Source of the DNA: an uncultured bacterium
Lineage (GTDB): Bacteria > Patescibacteriota > Dojkabacteria > J137
Reading direction: 5' to 3'
Assembly: GCA_963700155.1 (NCBI GenBank)
Contig: OY969472.1
Coordinates: 1,000,690 to 1,064,689 of the forward strand
DNA: 64,000 bases
Numbering within the stretch: position 1 is the first letter of the stretch; the number at the start of each line of letters is the position of its first letter. Positions 1 to 9,496 of the stretch are shown in pieces. A program made the position numbers and the translations under genes. The notes below the pieces were generated by a model that saw nothing but the letters and a program-made list of their open reading frames with translations, ran no database searches and was not told the DNA's origin.

Positions 1-57
1 AAGAAAACAGAAAAAGAGCTTTTACAGATAAAGGGACTTGGTGATAAAGTATCAAAA

Positions 58-3024
58 ATGAATTATTCAGATATGAAATCCAGAGTTGATGAGATGAGAA
101 AAGAGTTAGAACCCCTTCTAGAAAAAGTTCCCGAAGAATCAAAACTTTCAGTTAGGAAAGTAGATAGATTAAAACCTTTACCAAAATATGAAAGAGATAT
201 TCAGGCTAAATTGATGGAATTTTTACCTGAAATTTATGCTTTTATGAATGAAATATATAAAAGAAAGCTGGGTTTCACTTATCATGATGTACAACTTCAG
301 GCTGGTGTAATATTAGCTCAAGGTCAAAGGTTAGTTGAGTTATATACTGGAGAAGGAAAGACCATGACTTTTCAACTTCCTCTTGCTTTATATGCTTTAA
401 CTGGACGAGGTGCTCATCTTATTACCGTTAATGATTATTTATCAAAGAGAGATGGAGAGTATGCTGGACATATTTTAAGCGAATTAGGAATAAGTGTTGG
501 AGTTGTTGCTTCAAATGGTAATTATAGATTTATTAAAGACGATGAAATTAAGACTTATAAAGGAGATGAAGGGGAATCAGCAAGAAAAGAATTAAAACTT
601 CAGATTAATAATATGGATGGGCTTAATTTGATTGAAGTTGATAAAAAAGAAAGCTACAACTGTGATATTACATATGGAACTAACAATGAATTTGGATTTG
701 ACTATCTTAGAGACAATATGACTTGGGATCTTGAAAGTATGGTTCAAAGAGAACTTTATTTCTGCATTATTGATGAAGCAGATTCAATTTTGATTGATGA
801 AGCAAGGACACCATTAATCATATCAGGAGTACCTAGTGATGCAGATACTAAAAAATATATGGAATTTGCAGCAGGTGTAAAAGATTTAGAAGAAGATAAA
901 GATTATGAAATCGATCATAAAACCAGATCTGTAACTTTAACTGAGGATGGAATTTTTAAAGTTGAGGCAAATTTAGGAATTGATAATTTATGGAAAGACT
1001 ACTCTACTGCATATCATATAGAAAATGCTTTAAAGGCTAAAGCAATGTTTAATCGTGATGAACAATACCTTGTTAAAGGTGGAGAAGTTCTAATAGTAGA
1101 TGAATTTACTGGAAGAGTCTTAAAAGGAAGAAGATATTCAGAAGGATTACACCAAGCTATCGAAGCAAAAGAAGGTGTAGAAATCAAACAAGAAAGTAAA
1201 ACTTTTGCAACAATTACTTTCCAAAACTTTTTTAGAATATATAAAGTGCTTTGCGGAGGTTCAGGAACCATTATTACTGAGGCAGAAGAATTTTACAAAA
1301 TTTATGGACTTGAAAGTGTTGCAGTTCCTACAAATAAACCTGTAATAAGAGAAGACTTTCCAGATCAAATATATAAAAGTCAAATGGGAAAATTTAAAGC
1401 AGTAGTTGAAGAAATTAAAGAAAGACATTCAAAGGGCCAGCCTGTGCTGGTTGGTACTGTTTCTGTTGATAAATCAGAACTTCTTTCAAGACTTTTAGAT
1501 GAAGCTGGAATCAAACATGAAGTTCTGAATGCAAAATATCATGAGCAAGAAGCCAAAATTATTGCACAGGCTGGCCGAAAAGGGGCTGTTACAGTTGCAA
1601 CTAATATGGCAGGAAGAGGAGCTGATATAGTTATCGGAGCAGGAACAAGAGGAGATGACGCATGGAAAGAAATTTCAGATATTGGAGGTCTTCATGTGAT
1701 TGGTACGGAAAGGCATGAAGCAAGAAGAATAGATAATCAACTTAGAGGAAGAACGGGTAGACAGGGAGAACCTGGTTCATCAAGATTTTATGTAGCTCTT
1801 GATGACCAACTTATGAAAGTTCTTGGTGGTGAGATTATGCAACGGTTAATGAATATGGTTGGTCTTGATGAAGATATGCCAATACAGCTTAAAATGATTT
1901 CGAGACAGATTGAAACAGCACAGAAAAGAATTGAAGGTATGAACTTTGATTCAAGAAAAAGAGTTGTTGATTATGATGATGTAATGAATCAACACAGAGA
2001 AATTTTCTATGCCAGAAGAAGAAGCTTATTAAGATTATCTGAAGAAGCTTTGAGAAAGTTTGAAAATCATGGAAGAGTTACAAACTTAACTTTGCCAGAG
2101 AACAAATCAAAATTACCTGAATATAAAGAAAAGATTGATAACAGTCGGGAAAAGTTAAGAAAGCAAGTTGAAGAGATAATAAAGCGAAGAATTGATAGTA
2201 AAATTGGTAATTTTTTTAGCAGATATCAGAAAGTTACAGAGAAAAATGTTGAAGAAATGGGGAAAATTATCGCAGATTATCTTCCAGAAAGATTTGTTGC
2301 GAAAGTTCTAGGTGTAAGGGAAGGTGAAGCAGCAAATAAGTTAAAAGATGAACTGTTAGAAAAGAAAAATTTTGAAAATATTAGCACTTATAGTAGTGAA
2401 ATTTTAGATAAAGTCTTTGAAGAAAAGCTAAAAGAGTATGATGAGGATTTTTATTATCTTTCTAAAGTATTAATTCTTCAAGGAATGGATAATCTTTGGA
2501 TTGATCATCTTGAATTAATGAAAGACATAAGAGAAGGAATTAATTTACAATCATACGCTCAAAAAGATCCATTAGTTGAGTATAAAAATGAAGCATTTGT
2601 TATATTTGATTCATTCATAAGAAAGATAGATGAAGATGTTGCACAAAAGGTTCTAAGATTACAAAAAGTAAGCCAGCAACCTTCTATTCAAGGCACAATT
2701 CAGACTAATCAAGAAGATATTGAAGATATAAATACAGGGACACGAGAGTTTATTGAAAGTAGTGATATTGATGAGAGTTCAAAATCAAATTTGTCTTTGA
2801 AAGTTGCTGATGTTGTTTCTAAAGCTTTAAGAGAAAAAGAGAAAAGACAAACTTCAACAAATACAAATGTAACAAGAGAAACTAATAAAAATATAACTGT
2901 TTTAAAGCAGTATGGTAGAAATGATAAAGTAACTGTTAAGTATGGTGATGGAAAGGTTGTTAAAGAGATCAAATATAAAAAAGTTGAAAATGACCTACTT
3001 GAAGGAAAATGTGTAATTGTTTAA
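58..3024 (+). CDS. secA: Preprotein translocase ATPase SecA
   Basis: Motifs TGEGKT, VNDYL, FGFDYLRDN, IIDEADSILIDEARTPLIISG, ATNMAGRG, QLRGRTGRQG and DPLVEYKNE. Confidence 0.98.
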   Translation: MNYSDMKSRVDEMRKELEPLLEKVPEESKLSVRKVDRLKPLPKYERDIQAKLMEFLPEIYAFMNEIYKRKLGFTYHDVQLQAGVILAQGQRLVELYTGEGKTMTFQLPLALYALTGRGAHLITVNDYLSKRDGEYAGHILSELGISVGVVASNGNYRFIKDDEIKTYKGDEGESARKELKLQINNMDGLNLIEVDKKESYNCDITYGTNNEFGFDYLRDNMTWDLESMVQRELYFCIIDEADSILIDEARTPLIISGVPSDADTKKYMEFAAGVKDLEEDKDYEIDHKTRSVTLTEDGIFKVEANLGIDNLWKDYSTAYHIENALKAKAMFNRDEQYLVKGGEVLIVDEFTGRVLKGRRYSEGLHQAIEAKEGVEIKQESKTFATITFQNFFRIYKVLCGGSGTIITEAEEFYKIYGLESVAVPTNKPVIREDFPDQIYKSQMGKFKAVVEEIKERHSKGQPVLVGTVSVDKSELLSRLLDEAGIKHEVLNAKYHEQEAKIIAQAGRKGAVTVATNMAGRGADIVIGAGTRGDDAWKEISDIGGLHVIGTERHEARRIDNQLRGRTGRQGEPGSSRFYVALDDQLMKVLGGEIMQRLMNMVGLDEDMPIQLKMISRQIETAQKRIEGMNFDSRKRVVDYDDVMNQHREIFYARRRSLLRLSEEALRKFENHGRVTNLTLPENKSKLPEYKEKIDNSREKLRKQVEEIIKRRIDSKIGNFFSRYQKVTEKNVEEMGKIIADYLPERFVAKVLGVREGEAANKLKDELLEKKNFENISTYSSEILDKVFEEKLKEYDEDFYYLSKVLILQGMDNLWIDHLELMKDIREGINLQSYAQKDPLVEYKNEAFVIFDSFIRKIDEDVAQKVLRLQKVSQQPSIQGTIQTNQEDIEDINTGTREFIESSDIDESSKSNLSLKVADVVSKALREKEKRQTSTNTNVTRETNKNITVLKQYGRNDKVTVKYGDGKVVKEIKYKKVENDLLEGKCVIV

Positions 3025-3045
3025 GTTGAGAATTAGGTTTGAGTT

Positions 3046-3777
3046 ATGAATTCAATAAAAAAATTAATTATTGCTTTTATACGGCTTTCTAGGATTAGAA
3101 CAATATTTGAATATTATTGGTGGGTATTAATAGTGTCAATTATTGCTTCAGGATTACATCTAACTTTGATTAATTATGTATTAGCTACACTAATAACTAT
3201 TTCGATTCATGCGTATTCTTTCATTGTCAATGACTGTGAAGATGCAGATGATGATTCAATGGATTCTAAAAAAGCAAAAAGAAATCCTGTTTCATCTGGC
3301 TTTATAACTTATCGACAAGGAATACTAATTTTACAACTCACTTCTTTCCCTGCTTTAATTTTATCGTATGTTATTTCTGGCCCGGTAGGAGTAATAGTTA
3401 TTTTATCAGCGATTTTTGCTGGGCATTTATATTCATGGAAAAGAGTAAGATTAAAAAGTCTTCCTTTTATTGATTTGGTTTCTCATGCTTATGCTTTAGG
3501 TATGTTTCAGGTTTTATATTTTATGATATTACCAGGAGCTGAAATATCCGTGGGGTCATTCTTGATTTTTTATGGAATCGGTTTATTTTCCTCAGGTGGT
3601 GCTTTATATAATCAGTTAAGAGATCACGAAGTAGATCAAAAATCTGGATTGAATAATACTACTAATGTTATTGGATATGATAGAAGTCGACTTCTTGCTA
3701 TGGGGTTATATTCAGTTGGATTGTTATTTATAATTGCTGGAATTGCTGAAAGGATATTTGTTTTTAAAATTTTATAA
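3046..3777 (+). CDS. UbiA-family intramembrane prenyltransferase
   Basis: Multi-pass membrane protein with Asp-rich motifs NDCEDADDD..K.KRNP and NQLRDHEVD. Confidence 0.85.
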   Translation: MNSIKKLIIAFIRLSRIRTIFEYYWWVLIVSIIASGLHLTLINYVLATLITISIHAYSFIVNDCEDADDDSMDSKKAKRNPVSSGFITYRQGILILQLTSFPALILSYVISGPVGVIVILSAIFAGHLYSWKRVRLKSLPFIDLVSHAYALGMFQVLYFMILPGAEISVGSFLIFYGIGLFSSGGALYNQLRDHEVDQKSGLNNTTNVIGYDRSRLLAMGLYSVGLLFIIAGIAERIFVFKIL

Positions 3778-5019
3778 TTTTAGCTCTCCTTCACTACCCA
3801 ACTTCCAGAATGCGACACCTTTAAGGCCATAATCAGCAGCAAGTTGCTTTCTTAATTGAATAGATTCATCAGTAGGAAAAACTACAATCCTTGAGACTCC
3901 ATTGTAATCATACCTCCCGATAGCTTCGCCCCAGATTTCATTGAATGAATAATCTAGATTGTAGTTTTTAATAACCTTCTCTACTCCACTATGATAATAA
4001 GCATCTCCTGGTTCTAAGTTAAAGATGCTTCCCAGACCTGTGTAATCAGTAGAAAGATTAATTGAAGATGCAATTCGGCGGTCGCTCCAATCGTAGGCAT
4101 ATGTTGGAACTCCTAAAACGATTTTTTCGCGAGGAACTCCCGAAAAAATCGCATATTGTATTACTCTTTCGAGCCACTCTAATGGAGCGACCGGCCCAGC
4201 TTCATCTGAATCTCTTCCATAAAAATCATAAGTCATTATCCTGATCTCATCTACAATATCTGAAATTTGTTTATAATCTTGAACTTGCCTTGTTTGTGGA
4301 TGTCCTAAATAGACAACTACATCACTCCACTTTGGAAGTGCGGTAAATACTAAAGATTTATTTTCTGAAGATAATTCTGATTTCAAATCAGTTAAGAGTT
4401 TAATAAAAATTTGTTTGTCTTCCAGTTTTGTATCTTCAAAATCAAGATCAATACCAGCATAATTATTTTTATCTACAATGCTCATCACATCTTTCATAAA
4501 AATTTTATACTTTTCTTTATCCTCGAATATCTTTGAAAATAAATCAGCATCAAATAATGGAATGGTAGGAATAAGATGAATATTGTTGTCTATCGCAAAA
4601 TCTTTTATATCTTGATTAGTGGAGTTCGAAACTTCTTTTATATGACCATCTTCTTGAGGCATCAACCAGAATGGACTTACACTATAAAATTCATTTGAAA
4701 AATTTTTTAAAGTTTCGAAACCAGCTTCTAACCCCCAATCAGGAATCCATCCAGTATTTTTCAAGCTAATAACCGGTTTTGGCTCTTTGGGTATTGATTT
4801 TAAAGCGTTTTCTTCTAAAGCAAATCTTTCACTAAAACTAAGATAACTTACAGGAGTCTCAACAGGATTATTTAATAAATCATCATTAGTTAAACTTTTT
4901 GAATTATTGATGTTATTTAGTAAATCAAAATTTGAAAAATGAAAAAATAATAACCCTACAATTGAGAAGATTACTAAAATAATTATTAATCCGATTGTTC
5001 TTGAACTTCTCAATTGCAT
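3772..5019 (-). CDS. Membrane-anchored glycoside hydrolase family 18 (chitinase/YaaH-like)
   Basis: N-terminal TM segment; catalytic GIDLDFE, plus MTYD, KIVLGVP and GVAFWKLG. Confidence 0.9.
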   Translation of the reverse strand: MQLRSSRTIGLIIILVIFSIVGLLFFHFSNFDLLNNINNSKSLTNDDLLNNPVETPVSYLSFSERFALEENALKSIPKEPKPVISLKNTGWIPDWGLEAGFETLKNFSNEFYSVSPFWLMPQEDGHIKEVSNSTNQDIKDFAIDNNIHLIPTIPLFDADLFSKIFEDKEKYKIFMKDVMSIVDKNNYAGIDLDFEDTKLEDKQIFIKLLTDLKSELSSENKSLVFTALPKWSDVVVYLGHPQTRQVQDYKQISDIVDEIRIMTYDFYGRDSDEAGPVAPLEWLERVIQYAIFSGVPREKIVLGVPTYAYDWSDRRIASSINLSTDYTGLGSIFNLEPGDAYYHSGVEKVIKNYNLDYSFNEIWGEAIGRYDYNGVSRIVVFPTDESIQLRKQLAADYGLKGVAFWKLGSEGELKL

Positions 5020-5027
5020 TTAATATG

Positions 5028-6179
5028 TTAAAACAAAGTAGTAGTTTCAGATTCTTTTTCTGTAGTAATTTCAAGTGAAGTTTCTGTTTCTGAATCCTCA
5101 AGTTTAATTTTATCTACGGTTTTCATAAGCTGATTAGTTCTTGTTCTGTCAACTAATTCATATTGTTTGCTGAGTGAGCTGATTCTATCACCCATTTTTT
5201 GAAATTCTTCATTATATTTTACCCATTCTTTTTCAAAAGTTTTTATATATGAAATGATTTTTTGGGTATCTTTCTGGTATTTAAAATTATTGTAAGCCTG
5301 ACGGACCATTCTTAAAATTGCAGTAAAACTGAATGGTCCGGCAAATATAACTTTATTTCCCATAGCTTCCATCCAGATATCGTTCATCTTTTCATAAATA
5401 TAAGAAAAAATCATTTCATTAGGAATAAATAAAATTACAAAATCAACGGTATTATCTTCAGGATTAATATAATCTCTCGTAGTAACCTGTTTTATTTTGG
5501 CTTTAACATCTGATTTGAATGCTTGATCATATTTAGTCCTCTGTACTGGATCATCTGTCTCTGACATTTTTTGAAGATTACTGAATGGAAATTTTGAGTC
5601 CACATTTATTCTTGCTCCGTCTGGAAGGAATATACAAAAATCAGGTCTTGTTTCAGAACCTGCCTGTTCTTTATTAAATTCATAATCAGTACCTCTTACA
5701 AATCCTGTCATTTTTAAGAGATCATCAGCGACCTGTTCTCCAAAAGCCCCTCGCATCTGATTGTTTGATAAAACTTTTCTTAAATTTTCTGCAGATACTG
5801 ACAATTGTTCAGTTAATTTCTTTTGACTTTCCATTTCCTGTTTTAAAGCCATAAATGTTCCAACTCTTTCTTTCTCTGCAACTTCAAGTTTATTACTGTT
5901 TTTAGTAAGTTCTTCAAGAACTTGTTTGACCATTTTTTCCATTGCTTCCCTTTTATTAGCTAAGTCACTGGAAATTTCTTTTTTCTCAGCACCTAGTTTT
6001 TCATTTGCTAATAGAACTAATTGTTCGTTAGCATTTTTCATAACTTGAGGAAAAAGTTCATTAAGCTTATTTTCAATATCTTTAGAAACATCAGGCGGTT
6101 GTACTTTACCTTGTCGTGCAATAAGAATCACTACTCCAAAAATTAGGACTATAAGTAGAGCTAAAATTACTATTTCCAT
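5028..6179 (-). CDS. rmuC: DNA recombination protein RmuC
   Basis: N-terminal TM, coiled coil, RGAFGE, RPD...VDSKFP nuclease motif, DFVILFIPNE. Confidence 0.93.
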   Translation of the reverse strand: MEIVILALLIVLIFGVVILIARQGKVQPPDVSKDIENKLNELFPQVMKNANEQLVLLANEKLGAEKKEISSDLANKREAMEKMVKQVLEELTKNSNKLEVAEKERVGTFMALKQEMESQKKLTEQLSVSAENLRKVLSNNQMRGAFGEQVADDLLKMTGFVRGTDYEFNKEQAGSETRPDFCIFLPDGARINVDSKFPFSNLQKMSETDDPVQRTKYDQAFKSDVKAKIKQVTTRDYINPEDNTVDFVILFIPNEMIFSYIYEKMNDIWMEAMGNKVIFAGPFSFTAILRMVRQAYNNFKYQKDTQKIISYIKTFEKEWVKYNEEFQKMGDRISSLSKQYELVDRTRTNQLMKTVDKIKLEDSETETSLEITTEKESETTTLF

Positions 6180-6333
6180 ATTATAAATTTAAAAACTGGT
6201 TTACTGTTAATTCTATCACAGCAGGAAGAATTACATCTTATGTTTTAGCATAGATATACCATTTACATAATGAATGAGACAAAAAACAACGAAATTTGGT
6301 ATAATTCGCTAATTTAAATATTATATCAAGTAA

Positions 6334-6726
6334 ATGTCAGATGATTTCTTAAAATCTAATGATAATAAACTAGAAATTACAGATAGTAACTTAGAAATAT
6401 GTAAAAAGAAATTTAAGCAGAAGTTTACTCTAGATATTGCACATAAAATTATTGAAATAATAGAGAAAGGTTTAACTGGTCAAGCTATTGCAAAAGCTTT
6501 TTCCGGAATAAATCACCCCTTTTTCAATTCAGGATATGTCAACAGTTGGTTAATGTCTGAATACCGAAATACGTGGCTTACTAGCAGTCATAGAAATTCT
6601 TGGCTAACTCATTCTGGGATGAGTTTAGCGGTTGACCTGTTTATAAAAGAAATGTTTGATAATCTTATAGATGTTGAAATAAAATACCTACAACATAATT
6701 TTAGGACTTCAAGTAGTGAAAGCTAA
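6334..6726 (+). CDS. Hypothetical protein with three N(S/T)WL repeats
   Basis: 130-aa ORF with TG-n-TATAAT upstream near 6297-6305; no recognised family. Confidence 0.6.
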   Translation: MSDDFLKSNDNKLEITDSNLEICKKKFKQKFTLDIAHKIIEIIEKGLTGQAIAKAFSGINHPFFNSGYVNSWLMSEYRNTWLTSSHRNSWLTHSGMSLAVDLFIKEMFDNLIDVEIKYLQHNFRTSSSES

Positions 6727-6823
6727 TCCCCTAGGTAACTAATTCAGTTATAATTATCAAGTAATATTTTTTGAATAGATAAAAATCCAAGCTTTTTTTT
6801 AACTAAAATAACTTTTACCCTTC

Positions 6824-7048
6824 CTAGTATTTTTCCTTCTCAATTATTACCCATTTCCGAATAGAACTTGCAGTTCCATAAGCTTTTAATACCCTTTCGC
6901 TTTCTTTTGGTCGAACATACCCCCTTATTCTCCTCATTGAAGTTTCAAAATTTTTAGAAACATTAGATAGCTCAATCTTATTTTGTCTTGTAATAAGTAA
7001 AACCACTCCGAGAATTAATACTATTGAAAGCACAATTATGATTTCCAT
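6824..7048 (-). CDS. Small membrane protein whose N-terminus duplicates that of RmuC (possible gene fragment)
   Basis: MEIIIVLSIVLILGVVLLITRQNKIELSNVSKNFE aligns with RmuC MEIVILALLIVLIFGVVILIARQGKVQPPDVSKDIE. Confidence 0.6.
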   Translation of the reverse strand: MEIIIVLSIVLILGVVLLITRQNKIELSNVSKNFETSMRRIRGYVRPKESERVLKAYGTASSIRKWVIIEKEKY

Positions 7049-7118
7049 AAAATATTAATGAAAATTAAGTGTTTATAGCATAGTGTATACTATCTCGCGT
7101 CAAATTTCTTTAAGGAAT

Positions 7119-7483
7119 CAGGACCCTGAAAAGGGTCCTGTGTTGTCAAGCATATCTTTGTCGACAGCTGCCTATAAGCAAGCTTTAGTCGATTCCGAAT
7201 ATGCTCCAAGTGAGCTCATGTTCATCTGTGGGGTCCACCTGGAGGTAGAGTGGGATTTGGAAATCCTTTATACAGTCTCACATGAGCTCTCTGAACTCAA
7301 AGCAACTTTTATTTTGAATTCAGAAAACTAAGGTGTCTCAGGAGGCTTCAGAGAAGCCTCCTGATGAGCGGGGAAAGGAATAATGTTTTACAGGGAGCGT
7401 CACACCTTGTAACACAATCCTTTCCCCTCGTAGAGTTAAAGACAGTGAAGGATCCTTCCTATCACTTTGCCTTTAGAGCTCTA
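7119..7483 (-). ncRNA. Candidate large structured non-coding RNA of unknown family (seven consecutive stem-loops)
   Basis: GC-rich island; stems at 7119-7140, 7148-7206, 7212-7289, 7291-7323, 7338-7364, 7370-7427 and 7431-7483; most stem mismatches become G-U pairs on the minus strand. Confidence 0.65.
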
Positions 7484-7606
7484 TATTCTTATAACTAAAA
7501 TATTTAATTATGAAAGTACAAAGCTTTAGTTAAATTATATGATAATAGCTAATATCTGTCTATCTGTATTACCTTTCTGTTATAATTACACGTTTAACAA
7601 ATTACT

Positions 7607-9496
7607 ATGAATGATACATCAAAAATCCGAAATTTCTGCATTATTGCTCATATTGATCATGGGAAATCTACTCTAGCTGATAGGCTGATTGAATTTACAG
7701 GAGCAGTATCTCGAAGAGATATGAAAGATAGGATAATGGATACTCTTGAGCTTGAGCAGGAGCGAGGTATTACTATAAAACTACAGACAGCAAGATTGAA
7801 ATATAAAGATTATATTTTGAATTTGATTGATACACCAGGTCATGTCGACTTCAGCTATGAAGTTTCTAGATCTGTTGCAGCTTCTGAAGGAGCATTGCTT
7901 TTAGTTGATGCTACTCAAGGAATTCAAGCTCAAACTCTCACAACAGTTTACAAAGCTATGGAATATGATTTAAAAATCATCCCGGTAATAAATAAAATTG
8001 ACATGGATATAGCTGAAGTCGACAAAACAAAACAAGAGATGATTGATACTTTTGGCTTTACTGAAGAAGAAATTATTTTAGCATCAGGAAAAACAGGTGT
8101 TGGTGTCGAAGAAATTTTAGACGAAATAATTGCTAAAGTTCCACCCCCAAATAAGGAAAATGATGTTCTTTATGATGAAACCAGAGATAAAGATATAGTT
8201 AAAGCTTTAGTTTTCGATGCTTTTTTTCATGAATTTAAAGGAGTAACAGCTTTAATAAAAATAGTTTCTGGTGAGATTAAAAAGGATGAAAAAGTATATT
8301 TTTATAGCACTGAAACTGAAGTTCATCCAGTTGAAATTGGATATTTAACTCCTAAAATGTTACCTTCGGAAGTAATTAAAGAAGGTGAAGTTGGATACAT
8401 TGCAACTGGATTAAAAGATATTCACAAAGTACACTCCGGGGATACTGTTACTCTATTTAAAAGTGATAATTCACATTTAAAAATTTTCCCTCTGAAAGGT
8501 TATCGACAACCAAAACCTATGGTTTATGCTAGTTTGTACCCTGTTGAGGCTGACGATTTTGTTCAATTTAAAGAAGCTCTTGAAAAATTATCTTTAAATG
8601 ATGCAGCTTTAACTTATCAAAAAGAATATTCTCAAGCCTTAGGAACAGGATATGTTTGTGGATTTTTAGGATTACTCCATTTAGAGATTACACAAGATAG
8701 ATTAGAACGTGAATATGGAATAGATTTAGTGAGTACAATGCCTACAGTAGAATTTAGAGTAAAACTTTCTACGAAAGATTATTCAAAAATAGTGAATATT
8801 AAAGCATCAAATATTCAAAAAGATGAAAATATTGCAATTGTTAGAACTGCAGCTGAATTTCCAGAAGGGAGCTTGTTCGAGGAAGTTTTTGAGCCCTGGG
8901 TAAAGCTTCAAGTTATTACACCGGAAGAATATATTGGCCCAATAATGGAGCTCTGTCAAAAAGCTCGAGGAATTTATAAATCAATGAACTTTTTAAGTAA
9001 AAATACTAATGCTGCACAGCATGCAATTATCGAGTACGAAATTCCAACTCTCGAGATAATTGTTAATTTTTTTGATAAATTAAAATCAATCAGTCATGGT
9101 TATGCCTCTATGGATTATGAGTTTTTGGAATATAGAAAGGGAGATATTGTTAAAGTTGCGATCCTTGTTAATAATGAACCGGCTGAATCTTTATCATTTT
9201 TAACTCATAGAGATAATGCGCAAAGAAAAGGTAGAGATATGGTTGCAAAATTAAAGGATTTAATTCCTAAACAGCAGTTTAAAGTTCCAATTCAAGCTGC
9301 AATTGGCTCACAGATTATTGCTAGAGAAACAATTGATGCATATAAAAAAGATGTTTTAGCTCATTTATATGGTGGTGATGTTACCAGAAAACTGAAATTG
9401 TTAGAGAAGCAGAAGAAAGGTAAGAAAAAGATGAAAGCAATTGGAAATGTTGAAATTCCAAAAGAAGCTTTTTTAGCAGCTTTGAAAATAGACTAA
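7607..9496 (+). CDS. lepA: Elongation factor 4 (LepA)
   Basis: AHIDHGKSTLAD, ERGITIK, DTPGHVDF, GFLGLLHLEI, YGGDVTRK.KLL. Confidence 0.98.
   Translation: MNDTSKIRNFCIIAHIDHGKSTLADRLIEFTGAVSRRDMKDRIMDTLELEQERGITIKLQTARLKYKDYILNLIDTPGHVDFSYEVSRSVAASEGALLLVDATQGIQAQTLTTVYKAMEYDLKIIPVINKIDMDIAEVDKTKQEMIDTFGFTEEEIILASGKTGVGVEEILDEIIAKVPPPNKENDVLYDETRDKDIVKALVFDAFFHEFKGVTALIKIVSGEIKKDEKVYFYSTETEVHPVEIGYLTPKMLPSEVIKEGEVGYIATGLKDIHKVHSGDTVTLFKSDNSHLKIFPLKGYRQPKPMVYASLYPVEADDFVQFKEALEKLSLNDAALTYQKEYSQALGTGYVCGFLGLLHLEITQDRLEREYGIDLVSTMPTVEFRVKLSTKDYSKIVNIKASNIQKDENIAIVRTAAEFPEGSLFEEVFEPWVKLQVITPEEYIGPIMELCQKARGIYKSMNFLSKNTNAAQHAIIEYEIPTLEIIVNFFDKLKSISHGYASMDYEFLEYRKGDIVKVAILVNNEPAESLSFLTHRDNAQRKGRDMVAKLKDLIPKQQFKVPIQAAIGSQIIARETIDAYKKDVLAHLYGGDVTRKLKLLEKQKKGKKKMKAIGNVEIPKEAFLAALKID

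Noticed and set aside
7083-7331. 82-aa plus-strand ORF across the GC-rich element
   Set aside because: GTG start and no recognisable motif; it coincides with the hairpin array, whose higher GC content explains the lack of stops
7119-7483. Identification of the structured element as RNase P RNA or tmRNA
   Set aside because: No GAGGAAAGUC/P4 partner on either strand. A tmRNA-like GGAGCAT-ATTC-GGAATCGAC occurs on the minus strand, but there is no T-arm or CCA end and no tag ORF
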